From assembly GCA_963755715.1 (NCBI GenBank), contig CAVWLW010000027.1:224001-288000 (forward strand): 64,000 nt of DNA, in the 5' to 3' direction. The notes below the pieces were generated by a model. The model saw only the letters and a list, made by a program, of their open reading frames with translations, did no database searches and was not told the DNA's origin. The position numbers and the translations under genes were made by a program. Within the stretch, counting starts at the first letter, position 1. Each line of letters begins with the position of its first letter. Shown piece after piece: positions 1-11,278 of this stretch. The stretch is from an uncultured delta proteobacterium. Lineage in GTDB: Bacteria; Desulfobacterota; Binatia; UBA9968.

Positions 1-80
1 CTGCGAAGCTAGTCTGAGAACCCTTCCTTGTCAAGGTAATCGGCCCTCGAAAAAGCGACTGTCATCTCGGACGAAATGGA

Positions 81-1229
81 TCACTGAACAAAGTTTTTCT
101 GAAAATACTCCACCCACTCGTTACCCTTGTCGAACTGTACTTCGGGATTCATATAATTGACGCGTTTGAACCGGCCACCGCCCGGTTTCAGATCCGCTTG
201 AAGCGCGGGCATTTCGGGATGTGACGGCAGATAATTTGATAGTTGGAAAATCTTCTGCCCTCGTTTTGAAATGACGAAATCCAGAAACAGCAAAGCCGCG
301 TGCGGATGCGGCGCAAATTTCGGCAAGCCAATCGTGCTGATCGTCGCCGCAACCGGCTCCAAAGGCAGCCATTCGGACGGCGCACCCGCCGTCTTGCTGA
401 TATAGGCATGATGATTGAAGATGACGAGAACGAGCGGATATTCCCCGGCGATAACGAGATCGAGGACTTGACGTGCGCTCGCGGTGCTCTTGGCAATATT
501 TTGTGCTCTGAGTTTTTGCAGGTAGACCTTCCCAGCAGTTTCACCCATCGTTTGGAACAGGTTGCCTACGAAGAGCGGCCCGCCACCGCCGCGTCCCGTG
601 GACCAAATCATCTGCCCTTTCCATCGTGGATTTAATAGCTCCTCGTACGTTCGAGGAACTTCGTTCGGCTTCACCATGCGGGTGTTGTACCCCAGGGTAT
701 GGAAATAGACGTTACTCACACCCCAATAGCCCTGCGGATCTTTTAGCTCCGCGGGATATTCGGCGAGATGCGGCGAGAAAAATTTTTGCAGGTAGCCGGC
801 GCGCTGAACCATCGTCGTCGTCGAACTGCCGTCGACCACGTCCACGGCATAGCGCTTGGCTTGGTATTCGGCGAAAAGTCTTTGCGTGATGCGATCGGAG
901 TTGCCGCGGAAAAATTCGACTTGGATGAAGGGATACTCCTTCTCGAAGGCGTCCTTGAGCGGCCGCACTACCTGCTCAACAATCAACGTCGTGTAGAAAG
1001 AAAGCTTGCCTTCCTTCTTCGCGCCTTCGACGAGAATTTTTTGCCGGTCAGCGGATTTCAATAGCGCGACATCTTCAACCGACGCGCCGTTCAGTGATTG
1101 AAGGTGAAAAAACGCGGCCAGCGTCATCGCGAGAACGAACTCCGCGATGCTCCACTTTGAACTTTGCCGTTTGTTAATGATTCCTGCGCTACGTCGACCA
1201 TCGAAAATGTGAGGGTCGTTTTTGCGCAT
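81..1229 (-). CDS. Extracellular solute-binding protein (Fe3+/thiamine/AfuA-like family); true start may be downstream (~1127)
   Basis: GAKKEGKLSFYT, LGYNT..V, P.TYEELLNPRWKG, APHPHAALLFLDF motifs; hydrophobic signal-like N-terminus. Confidence 0.85.
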   Translation of the reverse strand: MRKNDPHIFDGRRSAGIINKRQSSKWSIAEFVLAMTLAAFFHLQSLNGASVEDVALLKSADRQKILVEGAKKEGKLSFYTTLIVEQVVRPLKDAFEKEYPFIQVEFFRGNSDRITQRLFAEYQAKRYAVDVVDGSSTTTMVQRAGYLQKFFSPHLAEYPAELKDPQGYWGVSNVYFHTLGYNTRMVKPNEVPRTYEELLNPRWKGQMIWSTGRGGGGPLFVGNLFQTMGETAGKVYLQKLRAQNIAKSTASARQVLDLVIAGEYPLVLVIFNHHAYISKTAGAPSEWLPLEPVAATISTIGLPKFAPHPHAALLFLDFVISKRGQKIFQLSNYLPSHPEMPALQADLKPGGGRFKRVNYMNPEVQFDKGNEWVEYFQKNFVQ

Positions 1230-1262
1230 CGACCTTAGATCAACTTACGATGGCTCGCCCGA

Positions 1263-2346
1263 CTATTTCAAGAAATTCTTCTCGAAGTAATCGACCCATG
1301 CATTGCCTTCGTTCAATTGCGAATCCGGCGTAAAGTAGAGCACTCTCTTGAAGCGCCCGCCTCCCGGTTTCAGATCGGGCTGTTTCGCCGGAACCTTCGG
1401 ATGGGACGGCAGATAGTTAACGGCTTGAATAACTTTCTGTCCCTCCTCCGACAGGATAAAGTCAAGGAAGAGCATAGTCGCATGCGGGTGCGGCGAGCGC
1501 GTCACCGGAGAGATCGTGTTGATGGTCGCCGACGCCGGTTCCAGCGCGTACCAATCGACCGGCGCGCCGGCGGTCTTACTGATATGGGCGTGGTGATGAA
1601 AGATATGCAGCGCCGATCGGATACTCACCTGCGATCACCAGGTCTAGCAGCTGTCGATTGCTCGCCGTCGTCTTCGCTACGTTCTGCGTTTTTAGTTTCT
1701 GCAAATACGCCTTGCCCGCTTCCGGTCCCATCGTCTGCAAAACGTTTCCGATAAACATCGGCGCGCCCGAGCCGCGGCTCGTCGACCACATCATTTGCCC
1801 TTTCCAGCGCGGGTTGAGCAGGTCTTCGTAGGTCTTGGGCACTTCATTGGGCTTCACCATGCGCGTGTTGTAGCCGAGAGCGAAATAATAGACGTTGCTC
1901 ACGCCCCAATAGCCCTGCGGATCTTTCAGCTCCGCGGGATATTCGGCGAGATGGGGCGAATAGAAGCGCTGCAAATAACCGCCATTTTTTACCATCGGCG
2001 CCGTGACCGTACCGTCGACGATATCGACTTCATAACGTTTCCCCTGATACTCCGCGAACATTTTTTGCACGAGCCGTTCCGAGTTGCCGCGGAAGTACTC
2101 GACTTGCAGGAATGGATACTTTTTTTCAAAGGCCTCCTTTACCGGACGCACGACTTGATCGACGATCAACGACGTGTACCACGAGATCTTGCCTTCCTTG
2201 CGCGCGCCGTCGACGAGAATTTTTTGCCGGTCCGGCTTATTGTAAAGAGTGATCTCATCGACCGTGGCTGCGCCGCAAATCGTAATTGACGCTGACGCGA
2301 TCAGAGAATAAACGAGGCCGCTCAAAAGTATCGGGGCAAATTTCAT
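1263..2346 (-). CDS. Extracellular solute-binding protein, close tandem paralog of 81-1229; one frameshift near 1620
   Basis: ORFs 1576-2361 and 1263-1628 join into a full-length paralog; GGAGG RBS before ATG 2346; long near-identical DNA stretches (e.g. 721-770 vs 1904-1953). Confidence 0.85.
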
Positions 2347-2459
2347 GCAGCACCTCCGCAAACTATCCTGTGCCTTGAGACCCCTCGTCGAATAATTCGT
2401 CGATCATGGCGTTTTTCCGCTCCGCTGAAAACCGCGGCGTGCGGTCAAACCCCTTGGGG

Positions 2460-3581
2460 TTAGTGCAGTATCGTCTCGGCAAATCTCCCTGCAGGGATTC
2501 TCACGTTGGTGTATTTATCTTCGAGATGGTTTCGCACTCGGTTGTACTCCTGCACGGTGAGCGCGTCCTTTGCCGCCGAGATGCCCAAGTCTTTCAACCA
2601 TTGCGTGTTAACATCGAGTCGCCGCGTGCCGTTCTGCATGATTTTGCCGTACCAGTCTTGACCCTCACGACTCAGAAACCAGTTGATAAAAACCTTGGTG
2701 GCGTTGGGGTGGGGCGGATCTTTGATGATGCCGAGAACGCCGAAGCTGTTGCTTGCAGGCAGTCCCTCTTTCGTCGCGGGCGCAGGTTTGATCGGCAGTC
2801 CCGCCTTGATGAACGGTTCGGTTTGACTTCGACCTAGGCCAAACGCCAAAGCCACTTTGCCTTTCGCCAAGGCGTCGGCGAGCTGGCGCAGATCGCGGGT
2901 CAAGAATAAATCCTGCTGAACCAATTTCTTGAGAAATTCCTCGCCGCGCAGTTCCCACATGAATGACCAGATCGACTGGCCGGAGCTCGGCACGCGCGGA
3001 TCGCTGAAGCCGATCCGTCCCTTCCATTTCGGATTTAAGTAATCCTCGAAGGAACGCAGCTCCTGCGGCTTCGCCAGGCTGGTGTTATACCAGGTGCTGT
3101 GCGTGCTCACGTCGGCAAGAAACGAATAAAGAAACTTGCTCGTGCTTACGTTGTCTTCCCAAATATGGCCGCCCCACCACTGCTTCGGATCTTTCACTTC
3201 GGTAAGAATCCAAAAAGACTCCATCGGTTCAAGCATGCCGTCGTGCGTCAATCCCGCCGCAGTGCCGGTGCCGCAAATAATCGCGTCAAAGTAACTTACG
3301 CCGGCCTTTTTTTCCGCCGTGATCCGGCTTGCGTTTTTTGGACCGGGTGCAGAGACCAACTCGGCTTCCAGGCCGAACTTTTGCTTTAAAAGCGGCTCTA
3401 GAGCGGTGCGTAGCTCTGTGGCCGGAGGAATCGCAAGGACAATCTTGCCTTCCTTCTTGGCCTCTTCGAGAGTTTTGTCCCATTCCGCTAGGCGTCTCGT
3501 TTCGGCCGCAAAGATGGGCGGCTGCAAAGCTAGCGTGACGACAAATAATGCCGCAATGAATTCGACAGATCTATGGAACAT
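2460..3581 (-). CDS. Extracellular solute-binding protein (same family, more divergent)
   Basis: Signal peptide, EAKKEGKIV, DYLNPKWKG, PPHPNATKVFINWFLSREGQ. Confidence 0.85.
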   Translation of the reverse strand: MFHRSVEFIAALFVVTLALQPPIFAAETRRLAEWDKTLEEAKKEGKIVLAIPPATELRTALEPLLKQKFGLEAELVSAPGPKNASRITAEKKAGVSYFDAIICGTGTAAGLTHDGMLEPMESFWILTEVKDPKQWWGGHIWEDNVSTSKFLYSFLADVSTHSTWYNTSLAKPQELRSFEDYLNPKWKGRIGFSDPRVPSSGQSIWSFMWELRGEEFLKKLVQQDLFLTRDLRQLADALAKGKVALAFGLGRSQTEPFIKAGLPIKPAPATKEGLPASNSFGVLGIIKDPPHPNATKVFINWFLSREGQDWYGKIMQNGTRRLDVNTQWLKDLGISAAKDALTVQEYNRVRNHLEDKYTNVRIPAGRFAETILH

Positions 3582-3788
3582 ACCGGCCTCCCACCTGGCG
3601 CGAGCTTGACCAGGGTCCGCGTGATTGCTCTCTTAACAATTTGCCGATAGCGAAGCAAACATTTGTTGACGGCTATCGACAAAGAAAAGACAGTCGAGGT
3701 CTGTGGTTGACGGCTGGAATCATCAGATGATAATCGAATGAATACATCACTATGAGCGATAGGTGAAACGTACCCGCAAGGAGGGTTT

Positions 3789-4202
3789 ATGATTACCACC
3801 AAAGGCGTTTACCATATGGGTATTCCGGTCAATGATGTGGAGCGCGCCGTAAAGTTTTACACCGAGATTCTCGGCATGACGATTGCCAAGCTCAACCGCG
3901 ATGATATGGGCGATCACCTGAATCGCGCCGATCTTCGCTCGGGAGATTCCATGGTGGTGCTTTTCCAGCGGCCAAAGGCGCTGGAAAAAGACGCCGTAAA
4001 AGAGGACGGCGCAACCCATCAAGCTTTCATGGTCTCGCCGGAGGATTTCGAGCTCGCGGCAAAGAAGATGAAAGATTGGGGCGTAAAAGTTTATGACATC
4101 CCGACCGTCGAGCGCCCTACCGGAAGAGGTTTTTACTTCTTCGACCCCGATGGCAATCTGCTGCAATTGTACGCGCCGCCGAAAATGCAACCGGCATCGT
4201 GA
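3789..4202 (+). CDS. VOC/glyoxalase family protein
   Basis: HMGIPVNDVERAVKFYTEILG, HQAF, YFFDPDGNLLQL; GAGG RBS; overlaps next gene (GTGA). Confidence 0.88.
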   Translation: MITTKGVYHMGIPVNDVERAVKFYTEILGMTIAKLNRDDMGDHLNRADLRSGDSMVVLFQRPKALEKDAVKEDGATHQAFMVSPEDFELAAKKMKDWGVKVYDIPTVERPTGRGFYFFDPDGNLLQLYAPPKMQPAS

Positions 4203-6477
4203 AAAATTTCAAAGTCGTCGGCAAGCCGCTGCCGCGGCTCGATGGTCCCGACAGCGTCACCGGCCGCGCCATCTACACCGTGGATGTCGCCTTGCCGGAA
4301 ATGCTCCACGTCAAGTTATTTCGCAGCGACCTACCCCACGCGAAGATTCGTCGCCTCGATGTGAGCCGCGCGCGAGCGCTGAATGGCGTCGCCGCGGTTC
4401 TCACCGCCGACGACGTGCCGGCGAAGCGCTTCGGTTTCGGCGTCCAGGACGAACAGCTTCTCGCCGGCGACAAGGTGCGCTACGTCGGTGACGTGATCGC
4501 CGCGGTTGCGGCCGTCGACGAAACGACCGCGGAGCAGGCGCTCGATCTCATCGAATGCGATTACGCAGAGCTGCCCGCCGCGCTCACTTTGGCTGAGGCG
4601 CTGAGCGAGAACGCACCTTTGGTTCACGAACAGTTAAGCTCCTATCGGCTCAATACCGTGCTGGCGCGCGACTGGCATCCGGTATTCGGCACCAACATTG
4701 CCCATCAAACATCCTTCGCAAAAGGCGATATCGATAAAGGCTTTGCTGATGCTGACGAGATCTTCGACGACACCTTTCGCTCGCAGCAAGTGCAGCACTG
4801 CTCGCTCGAGCCACACGCCGTGGTTGCTGAGTGGAACGGCGATCGTCTGACCGTCTGGACCAGCACGCAGAAAGTTTTTCTGGTGCGCTCCGGCTTGGCG
4901 GACCTGTTCGATCTACCGGAAGATAAGATTCGCGTCATCGGCAGCAAAGTCGGCGCCGGTTTCGGCGGCAAGAACGCCATGCGCTTGGAACCCTATGCCG
5001 CGGCGCTCGCGCTCAAGACCGGCAAACCGGTGCGTCTCGTCAACAGCCGTGCCGAAGAGTTCTTTGCCGCCGCCGGTTCCGTGCCGGCGAACGGTGCGCA
5101 TCAAGAACCGGGGTTAAAAAAGACGGCACGATCACGGCGCGCGCTATGGAATTTACCTGGGACACCGGCGCCTACGCCGAGGGGCTGGCCGGCAGCAACC
5201 GCGCCCTCAAAGACGGCGTCGGGCCGTATAAAATTCCTAATATTCGCGTCAGCTCGACCTTAGTCTATACCAACAAACTGCGCGGCTGCCCTTTTCGCGG
5301 CCTCGGCATACCGGAAGCGGTATGGGCCGGCGAATCGCAGATGGATATCATTGCGCAAAAGCTCGGTATCGATCCGGTCGCGCTTCGGTTGAAAAATTGT
5401 CTCGATACCGGCGACGTAACTCCGGCCGGCGATCGCGCCAACCATATCGCGCTGCGCGAGTGTTTGGTGAAGGTCGGTGACGAGCTCAAGCGCTGGAAGA
5501 AACGCGCGCCGGCGCATCATGGATTCGGCGTCGCGCTGCTGCATAAGTCGCCGACCACTTCGGCGTCTTCTTCCAACGCGCGCGTGCGCATCGACGCCGA
5601 TGGCAAGGTCGAACTGTTTATCGGCGCCACCGACGTCGGCGGCGGCACCGGCACGAGCCTCGGACAAATCGTCGCGGAAGAATTAGGCATACCCCTCGGC
5701 ACAGTTCGCGTAATCATCGCCGATACCGAGTTGACGCCGTTCGACCACGGTACCTACTCGAGCCGCGTGACGCCCTACGTCGGCGCCGCGGTCAAGCTCG
5801 CCGCGGCTGACGCGCGCCGGCAGATCATGGAAACCGCCGCTCGATTATGGAATTTGCCCGCCGAAGCCGTCCGATTTGTTACCGGGAAAGTCAGTGCTAA
5901 AGGCCGGCGGGCGTTAAGTTTGGCCGAAGTCTTGGAGCAATCGCGTGCAGAAGAGATCGTTGGAGTCGGCGCGAGTCAGAGCAAACGGCTCTGGGCCGAA
6001 GATGCGTCGCAACAAGCAAAAGAGTCCAGCGCGCCGGGTTGGCCCTTCGGCGCTCAGGCGGTCGAAGTCGCGGTGGATCGCGAAACCGGCGTGATCAAGC
6101 TCATTCGAGTCGCGTCCGCGCACGACGTCGGCAGGGCGATCAATCCTCTCGCGGTCACGGGCCAAATCGAGGGCGGCATCATGATGGGACTCGGTTACGC
6201 GCTCTCGGAGAGTTTGCTGTTCGACGAGGGCAAGATCACCAACGCCAGCTTCGCCGATTATAAAATCCCAACTGTGCGCGATATCCCGGCGGCGACGCCG
6301 ATTATCGTCGAAAAAAATTATGACTCGGAGCCCTATGGCGCCAAAGGCGTGGGCGAGATGTCGGTGTTCGGCATCGCTCCCGCCGTCGCCAATGCGATCG
6401 CGCGCGTGACCGGCGTGCGCATCAAGGATTTGCCGATGTCGGCGGAGAAGGTGCTCGAACAGCTCAACAAATCATAG
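4199..6477 (+). CDS. Xanthine dehydrogenase-family molybdopterin-binding (large) subunit; frameshift near 5095-5110
   Basis: VTGRAIYTVD, VGAGFGGK, PFRGLG, GQIEGG, GAKGVGE across ORFs 4199-5263 and 5146-6477. Confidence 0.9.
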
Positions 6478-6482
6478 CGGAG

Positions 6483-7517
6483 ATGCCGATGCACAAGCGA
6501 AAAAGAACTGGCGTTTCTCCCCTTATTTTTGTCTTTGAACTCGGTGTCCTTTGCGCTGCCTTTGTCCACGCCTTCGCCCAATCGGAGGAGGAACTGATAC
6601 GTGGCGCGAAAAAAGAAGGCCAGGTCGTGTTCTGGAGTTCCATGCGCGTTGAAGATTCAAAAGCGTTGGCCACCGGATTCGAAGCCAAGTATCCCTTCCT
6701 CAAGGTCGAAATCGTCCGCGCGGGAGGCGAGCAGATCGTCAATCGCGCCATTACGGAACATATGGCGGGAAAGACCACCTACGACGTGCTCAATGCATTT
6801 GCGCTCAAAGTTTTGCAAAACCGCGGTTTGCTCCAGCCCTATGCCGCGCCTGAGGCAAATCATTATCTCGCCGGCTTTAAAGACGCACAGAATTTCTGGG
6901 TATCGCTCTACAGCGGCTACAACGTGATCGGCTATAACACGAAGCTCGTCCCCAAAGGCGAAGCGCCCAAGAACTGGGAAGATCTCTTGAATCCCCGGTG
7001 GAAAGGCAAGTTGGGAATGGACGATGAAGAATATTTTTGGTACGCCGGCATGCTCAAATATTGGGGCGAAGACAAAGGCCGCAAGTATATGGAAGCGTTG
7101 AACCGGCAGGGATTACAATTCCGTAACGGCCATGCCTTGCTCGCCGATCTCATGTCGGTAGGAGAATTTCCCGTTGCCGTGGTCGTTTATCCGGATCAGA
7201 TCGAGCAGATGAAGCTCAAAGGCCAACCTGTCGAGTGGGTCAAGACCACCGATCCGATTCTGGTTAACCTCGCGCCGGTTGCCGTTGCGGCAAAGGCGCC
7301 GCATCCAAACGCGGCTAAGCTGCTTATGAACTACAGCATTTCGAAGGAAGGCCAGGAGATCTTGCAAAAGGCCCGGCGCGCTTCAGCTCGGCACGATGTC
7401 CCGCCGCTCGTTCCTGAGATGGATCCGAGGAAACTTAAGCTCGTGCCCCTCGACCCCGAGATCCCAACCAACGCAGAGCACATTAAGGATTTTCGCAGAG
7501 CGTTTGGTTTGAACTAG
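6483..7517 (+). CDS. Extracellular solute-binding protein (AfuA-like family)
   Basis: Signal peptide, GAKKEGQVVFW, IGYNTKLV, PKNWEDLLNPRWKG, APHPNAAKL. Confidence 0.85.
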   Translation: MPMHKRKRTGVSPLIFVFELGVLCAAFVHAFAQSEEELIRGAKKEGQVVFWSSMRVEDSKALATGFEAKYPFLKVEIVRAGGEQIVNRAITEHMAGKTTYDVLNAFALKVLQNRGLLQPYAAPEANHYLAGFKDAQNFWVSLYSGYNVIGYNTKLVPKGEAPKNWEDLLNPRWKGKLGMDDEEYFWYAGMLKYWGEDKGRKYMEALNRQGLQFRNGHALLADLMSVGEFPVAVVVYPDQIEQMKLKGQPVEWVKTTDPILVNLAPVAVAAKAPHPNAAKLLMNYSISKEGQEILQKARRASARHDVPPLVPEMDPRKLKLVPLDPEIPTNAEHIKDFRRAFGLN

Positions 7518-7652
7518 ATCTGACTCGAAAACCTCATTCACAAATCGTGTTGCCGCGTCTAATTTTTTTCTCGTCCTCTCCCGCGAACGGGCGGGCAAAC
7601 ATCGCCGCTGTCACTTAATCGAGCGAAACAGCAGCAGACGAAAGGAAACTAA

Positions 7653-9135
7653 ATGACAAGCTCTCAGGTGCCTGAACCCATTGACGAAAGAAATCTGCCG
7701 CGGTCTTATGATGACGTCAGGCAGTGGCTCGATCTCGTCGAATCGATGGGCGAGCTCAAGCGCATCGACGGCGCGGATTGGGATCTGGAGATCGGCACCA
7801 TGGCGGAGCTGATCTACCGCGAGCGCACGGGCACGATCCCGGCGCTGCTGTTCGATCAGATCAAAGGTTATCCCGGAAGGATTTCGCATTCTCTTTGGCC
7901 AGCAAACTTCCTATCGCCGTCTGGCGCTCATGGCCGGCTTGCCGATGGACAGCGTGGGACTGAAGCTCGTCAGCCGATTCAAAGAAAAGCTCAACAAGCT
8001 TCAACCGATTCCGCCGCAAATTGTGAAGACAGGACCGGTCTTTGAAAACACCATGGCCGGCGACGCCATCGACATATTGAAATTTCCCGTGCCGAAAGTT
8101 CATGAGCTCGATGGCGGCCGATTTATCGGCACGGCGTGCATCGCTATCACGCGCGATCCCGAAGAAGGCTGGCTCAATCTCGGCACCTATCGCGCCATGG
8201 TGCATGACGAAAAATCTGTGGGGCTTTTCATGTCGTCCGCCGGCAAGCACGGGCGCATGCACATGGAAAAATATTTCAAGCAGGGCAAACCCTGTCCCGT
8301 TGTCTTGTGCGTCGGCCAAGACCCGCTACTGCTCCTGGCGGCAGGCAATCCCATCGAGCTTGGTTATTCGGAGTACGACTACTGCGGCGGCATCAGAGGC
8401 AGACCTTATGATCTCGTCGAGGGTCAAGTCACCGGCTTGCCTTTTCCGGCCCATGCCGAAATCGCCCTCGAAGGATTTCTCCATCCCGGCGACATCAAAC
8501 CCGACGGACCCTTCGGCGAATGGCTCGGCTACTACGGCACGCGCATGGAAGACACGCCGGTGCTGCGCATCGAGCGCGTCTATTATCGCAACGATCCGAT
8601 CCTCTGCGTCGCGCGGCCGGGCCGCCCGCCGACGGACTACTCGCTCTCCAAAGGAATGATTCGCGCCGCTCAGCTTTGGGATCGCGTTGAGAAAGCCGGC
8701 TTGCCCAACGTCAAAGGCGTGTGGTCGCTCGAATCCGGCATCGGCAGTCTGTTCAACGTGATTTCGATCAAACAAGCCTATCCCGGCCATTCGCGCCAAG
8801 CGCTTTTCCTCGCCTCACAGTCCCTCGGCGGCGCTTACAACGGACGCTTCGTCGTGGTGGTGGACGAAGACATCGACCCGACGAGCGAGTTCGACGTGCT
8901 GTGGGCGATGGCGACGAGATGCGATCCGGATCAAGCCGTGGAAATCATCAGCCGCGCGGCAAGCGGTTCGCTCGACGTGTGCATTCCGCCCGAGAACAAA
9001 GGACATAGCTCGCGCTGCCTGATCGACGCCTGCATGCCGTATGAGCGGCGCCACCAGTTCCCACCGATCGCCGAATCGAGCGAGGAGCTCAAAAACCAAG
9101 TCCGAGCAAAATGGCGCGAGACCATCTATGGATAA
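7653..9135 (+). CDS. UbiD-family (prFMN-dependent) decarboxylase; frameshift near 7880
   Basis: DWDLEIG, DGGRFIGT, NLGTYR, AEIALEG, DGPFGEWLGYY, VVVVDEDID, WAMATRCDP; AAGGA RBS. Confidence 0.9.
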
Positions 9136-9170
9136 CCAACTTGTTGCTACCAACTCGCCGCAGCAAAATT

Positions 9171-9273
9171 TCCCCCTTTGGAAAAGGGGGATCAAGGGGG
9201 ATTTTCTTCATGCAGCAAAGTCGCTCGGCAATTCTGAAAATCTCCCCTAGCCCCTCTTTTTCAAAGAGGGGAA
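9171..9273. repeat. REP/BIME-like pair of palindromes (CCCCCTTTGGAAAAGGGGG / CCCCTCTTTTTCAAAGAGGGG)
   Basis: Two hairpin units in inverted orientation; homologous copy at 12244-12354. Confidence 0.8.
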
Positions 9274-10271
9274 CTTCGGAGGCTGTCGCTCGCCGTCGTT
9301 CAAGAAGTGCAATCAGCAATCTTCTACTGCTAGTGTTGCTGCTCTTCTCTCCGAAATTGCTCCTCGCCCAAGAACCGCTGCGCGCCGGCACCATCTTCAG
9401 CGCCACGCAGGCGCCCCTCTGGGCGGCAAAAGAAGGACGCTACTTCGAGAAATATGGCATCAAGAATCTCGAAGTCATCCAATTCTCCGGCGGCCAACCC
9501 GTCACGCGCGCCTTGATCGGCGGCGACATTCAGATCAGCACCACCGGCGGCGCCGCGGTCGTCAACGCCCGGCTCAAGGGCGCGGACACGGTCATCATCG
9601 CCAGAACCGTCGGCGTGTTTCCCTATACGCTCTATGTCGGCAAAGATATTCGCGATGCCGGTGAATTGAAGGGTAAGAAACTCGCGGTGAGCACGATCGG
9701 CGGCTCAGGTTACGTGGCGATGCAATACGCGCTTAGAAAAATCGGCTTGGATCCGGACAAAGATGTCACCATGTTGCAGATCGGCGACTTTGGCGCGCGC
9801 TTGGCATCGCTCGCCGCCGGAACGGTTCAAGGAACACTGCTGCTTCCGCCGTTCACTTTGCGGGCGCGCGAGCTCGGACTTCGCCCGCTCTACGATTTGG
9901 TCGGCAGCGGCATTCAATATCCGATCAACCAGATCACCGCGCGTCAGTCCTTCATCAAGTCACAGCGCGAAACCGTGAAGAATTTCATGAGGGGATTTGT
10001 CGCCGGTCTGGCTCGCTTTCGCACGGATCGAGAGTTCGGCGCCAGAGTGTTGGGTAAAAATCTGCGGGAAACCGATCCCAAGATTCTTCAGGAGACTTAC
10101 GATTTTTGGCTGAAAGTATTTCCCAGAGTTCCCAACCCAGGCCCCGAAGATGCAACGGTCTTTCTGGAATTCATGCAGATCAAAGAACAGCATGATTGGC
10201 GTGAATTTGTCGACACGAGCGTGATGGACGAATTGGCGCGGGAAGGATTTCTGAGCAGCGTCTATAAATAG
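9210..10271 (+). CDS. ABC substrate-binding protein, NMT1/THI5/SsuA family; start uncertain (9210-9333)
   Basis: PLWAAKEGRYFEKYG, ELKGKKLAVS, GLDPDKDVTMLQIG, C-terminal FVDTSVMDELAREGF. Confidence 0.85.
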   Translation: MQQSRSAILKISPSPSFSKRGTSEAVARRRSRSAISNLLLLVLLLFSPKLLLAQEPLRAGTIFSATQAPLWAAKEGRYFEKYGIKNLEVIQFSGGQPVTRALIGGDIQISTTGGAAVVNARLKGADTVIIARTVGVFPYTLYVGKDIRDAGELKGKKLAVSTIGGSGYVAMQYALRKIGLDPDKDVTMLQIGDFGARLASLAAGTVQGTLLLPPFTLRARELGLRPLYDLVGSGIQYPINQITARQSFIKSQRETVKNFMRGFVAGLARFRTDREFGARVLGKNLRETDPKILQETYDFWLKVFPRVPNPGPEDATVFLEFMQIKEQHDWREFVDTSVMDELAREGFLSSVYK

Positions 10272-10284
10272 CGAAAGAGGTTTT

Positions 10285-11277
10285 ATGAAGCCCGTCGCAA
10301 GCATCCTGGTAGCCTTGAGCATTCCGCTATTTTTCGGTGCCGGCCGCGCCCAAGACCTCGCCAAAGCCAAGCAAGAAGGACGGATCGTCTTTTACACCTC
10401 GTGGGGACCGAGCGATGCCGACTACGTCGTCAAAGCCTTCGAGAAAAAATATGCGCCGCTCAGAGTCGAAACCGTGCGCGCCAGCAGCGAGCGAACTCTG
10501 ACTCGTCTCTTGAGTGAGCACCGCGCCAATACGTTTCTTGGCGATGTCGTCGCCGTCAGCGGTATTCAGTCAGGAATTCTAAAAGAGAAAGGCTCGCTCG
10601 ACCGTTATCAATCTCCGGAAGCGGCGAATTTTCCCGCCGATTGGCGCGACTCGGATGGATACGGCGTCGGCCTGCACCAAACGATTTATGTCATCGGCTA
10701 CAACTCTCGGCTGGTTTCAGCCGACGCCGTCCCGAGAAGCTACGAAGACCTGCTGCAGCCTCGCTGGAAAGGCCAACTCGGCTGGGACACCGAAGAGTTT
10801 TATCTGTTCGGCGCGCTGATGAAAGTACGCGGCAAAGAAAAAGGCTTGGAGTACTGGCGCCGGCTCGCCGAGCAACAGATCAATTTTCGCAAAGGCTACA
10901 CCCTGATCAGCGAGCTGGTGTCGGCCGGCGAGTTTCCCGCCGCGGTGTCGCTGTATCAGCATCGCGTCGATGAATACATCGAGAAGGGCGCGCCGCTTCA
11001 GTGGGTTGCGCCGAATCCTTTGGTCGGCGGAGATCCCAATAAAATATCGCTGTTAAAGAATGCGCCGCGACCGAACGCGGCCAAACTGTTTATCGACTTC
11101 ATGCTGTCGATGGAAGGCCAAAAGCTGCTGCAGGACAAAGGCCGAAGTCCGGGGAGGATCGGCATGGGCGCGAAAAATCCTCGTCTCAAGGGAGCGAAGG
11201 TTTTCACGTTGCACGTAAATTCCGATGAATACGAACAGCTCGGCAAAGATTTCAACCGGGTTTTCAAACTGCAATAA
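10285..11277 (+). CDS. Extracellular solute-binding protein (AfuA-like family)
   Basis: Signal peptide, AKQEGRIVFYTS, PRSYEDLLQPRWKG, APRPNAAKLFIDF; AGAGG RBS. Confidence 0.85.
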   Translation: MKPVASILVALSIPLFFGAGRAQDLAKAKQEGRIVFYTSWGPSDADYVVKAFEKKYAPLRVETVRASSERTLTRLLSEHRANTFLGDVVAVSGIQSGILKEKGSLDRYQSPEAANFPADWRDSDGYGVGLHQTIYVIGYNSRLVSADAVPRSYEDLLQPRWKGQLGWDTEEFYLFGALMKVRGKEKGLEYWRRLAEQQINFRKGYTLISELVSAGEFPAAVSLYQHRVDEYIEKGAPLQWVAPNPLVGGDPNKISLLKNAPRPNAAKLFIDFMLSMEGQKLLQDKGRSPGRIGMGAKNPRLKGAKVFTLHVNSDEYEQLGKDFNRVFKLQ

Positions 11278-11278
11278 C

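Noticed and set aside
4199-6477. Aerobic CO dehydrogenase CoxL
   Set aside because: The active-site loop reads CPFRGLG, not AYxCSFR or AYxGAGR, and coxM/coxS are absent.
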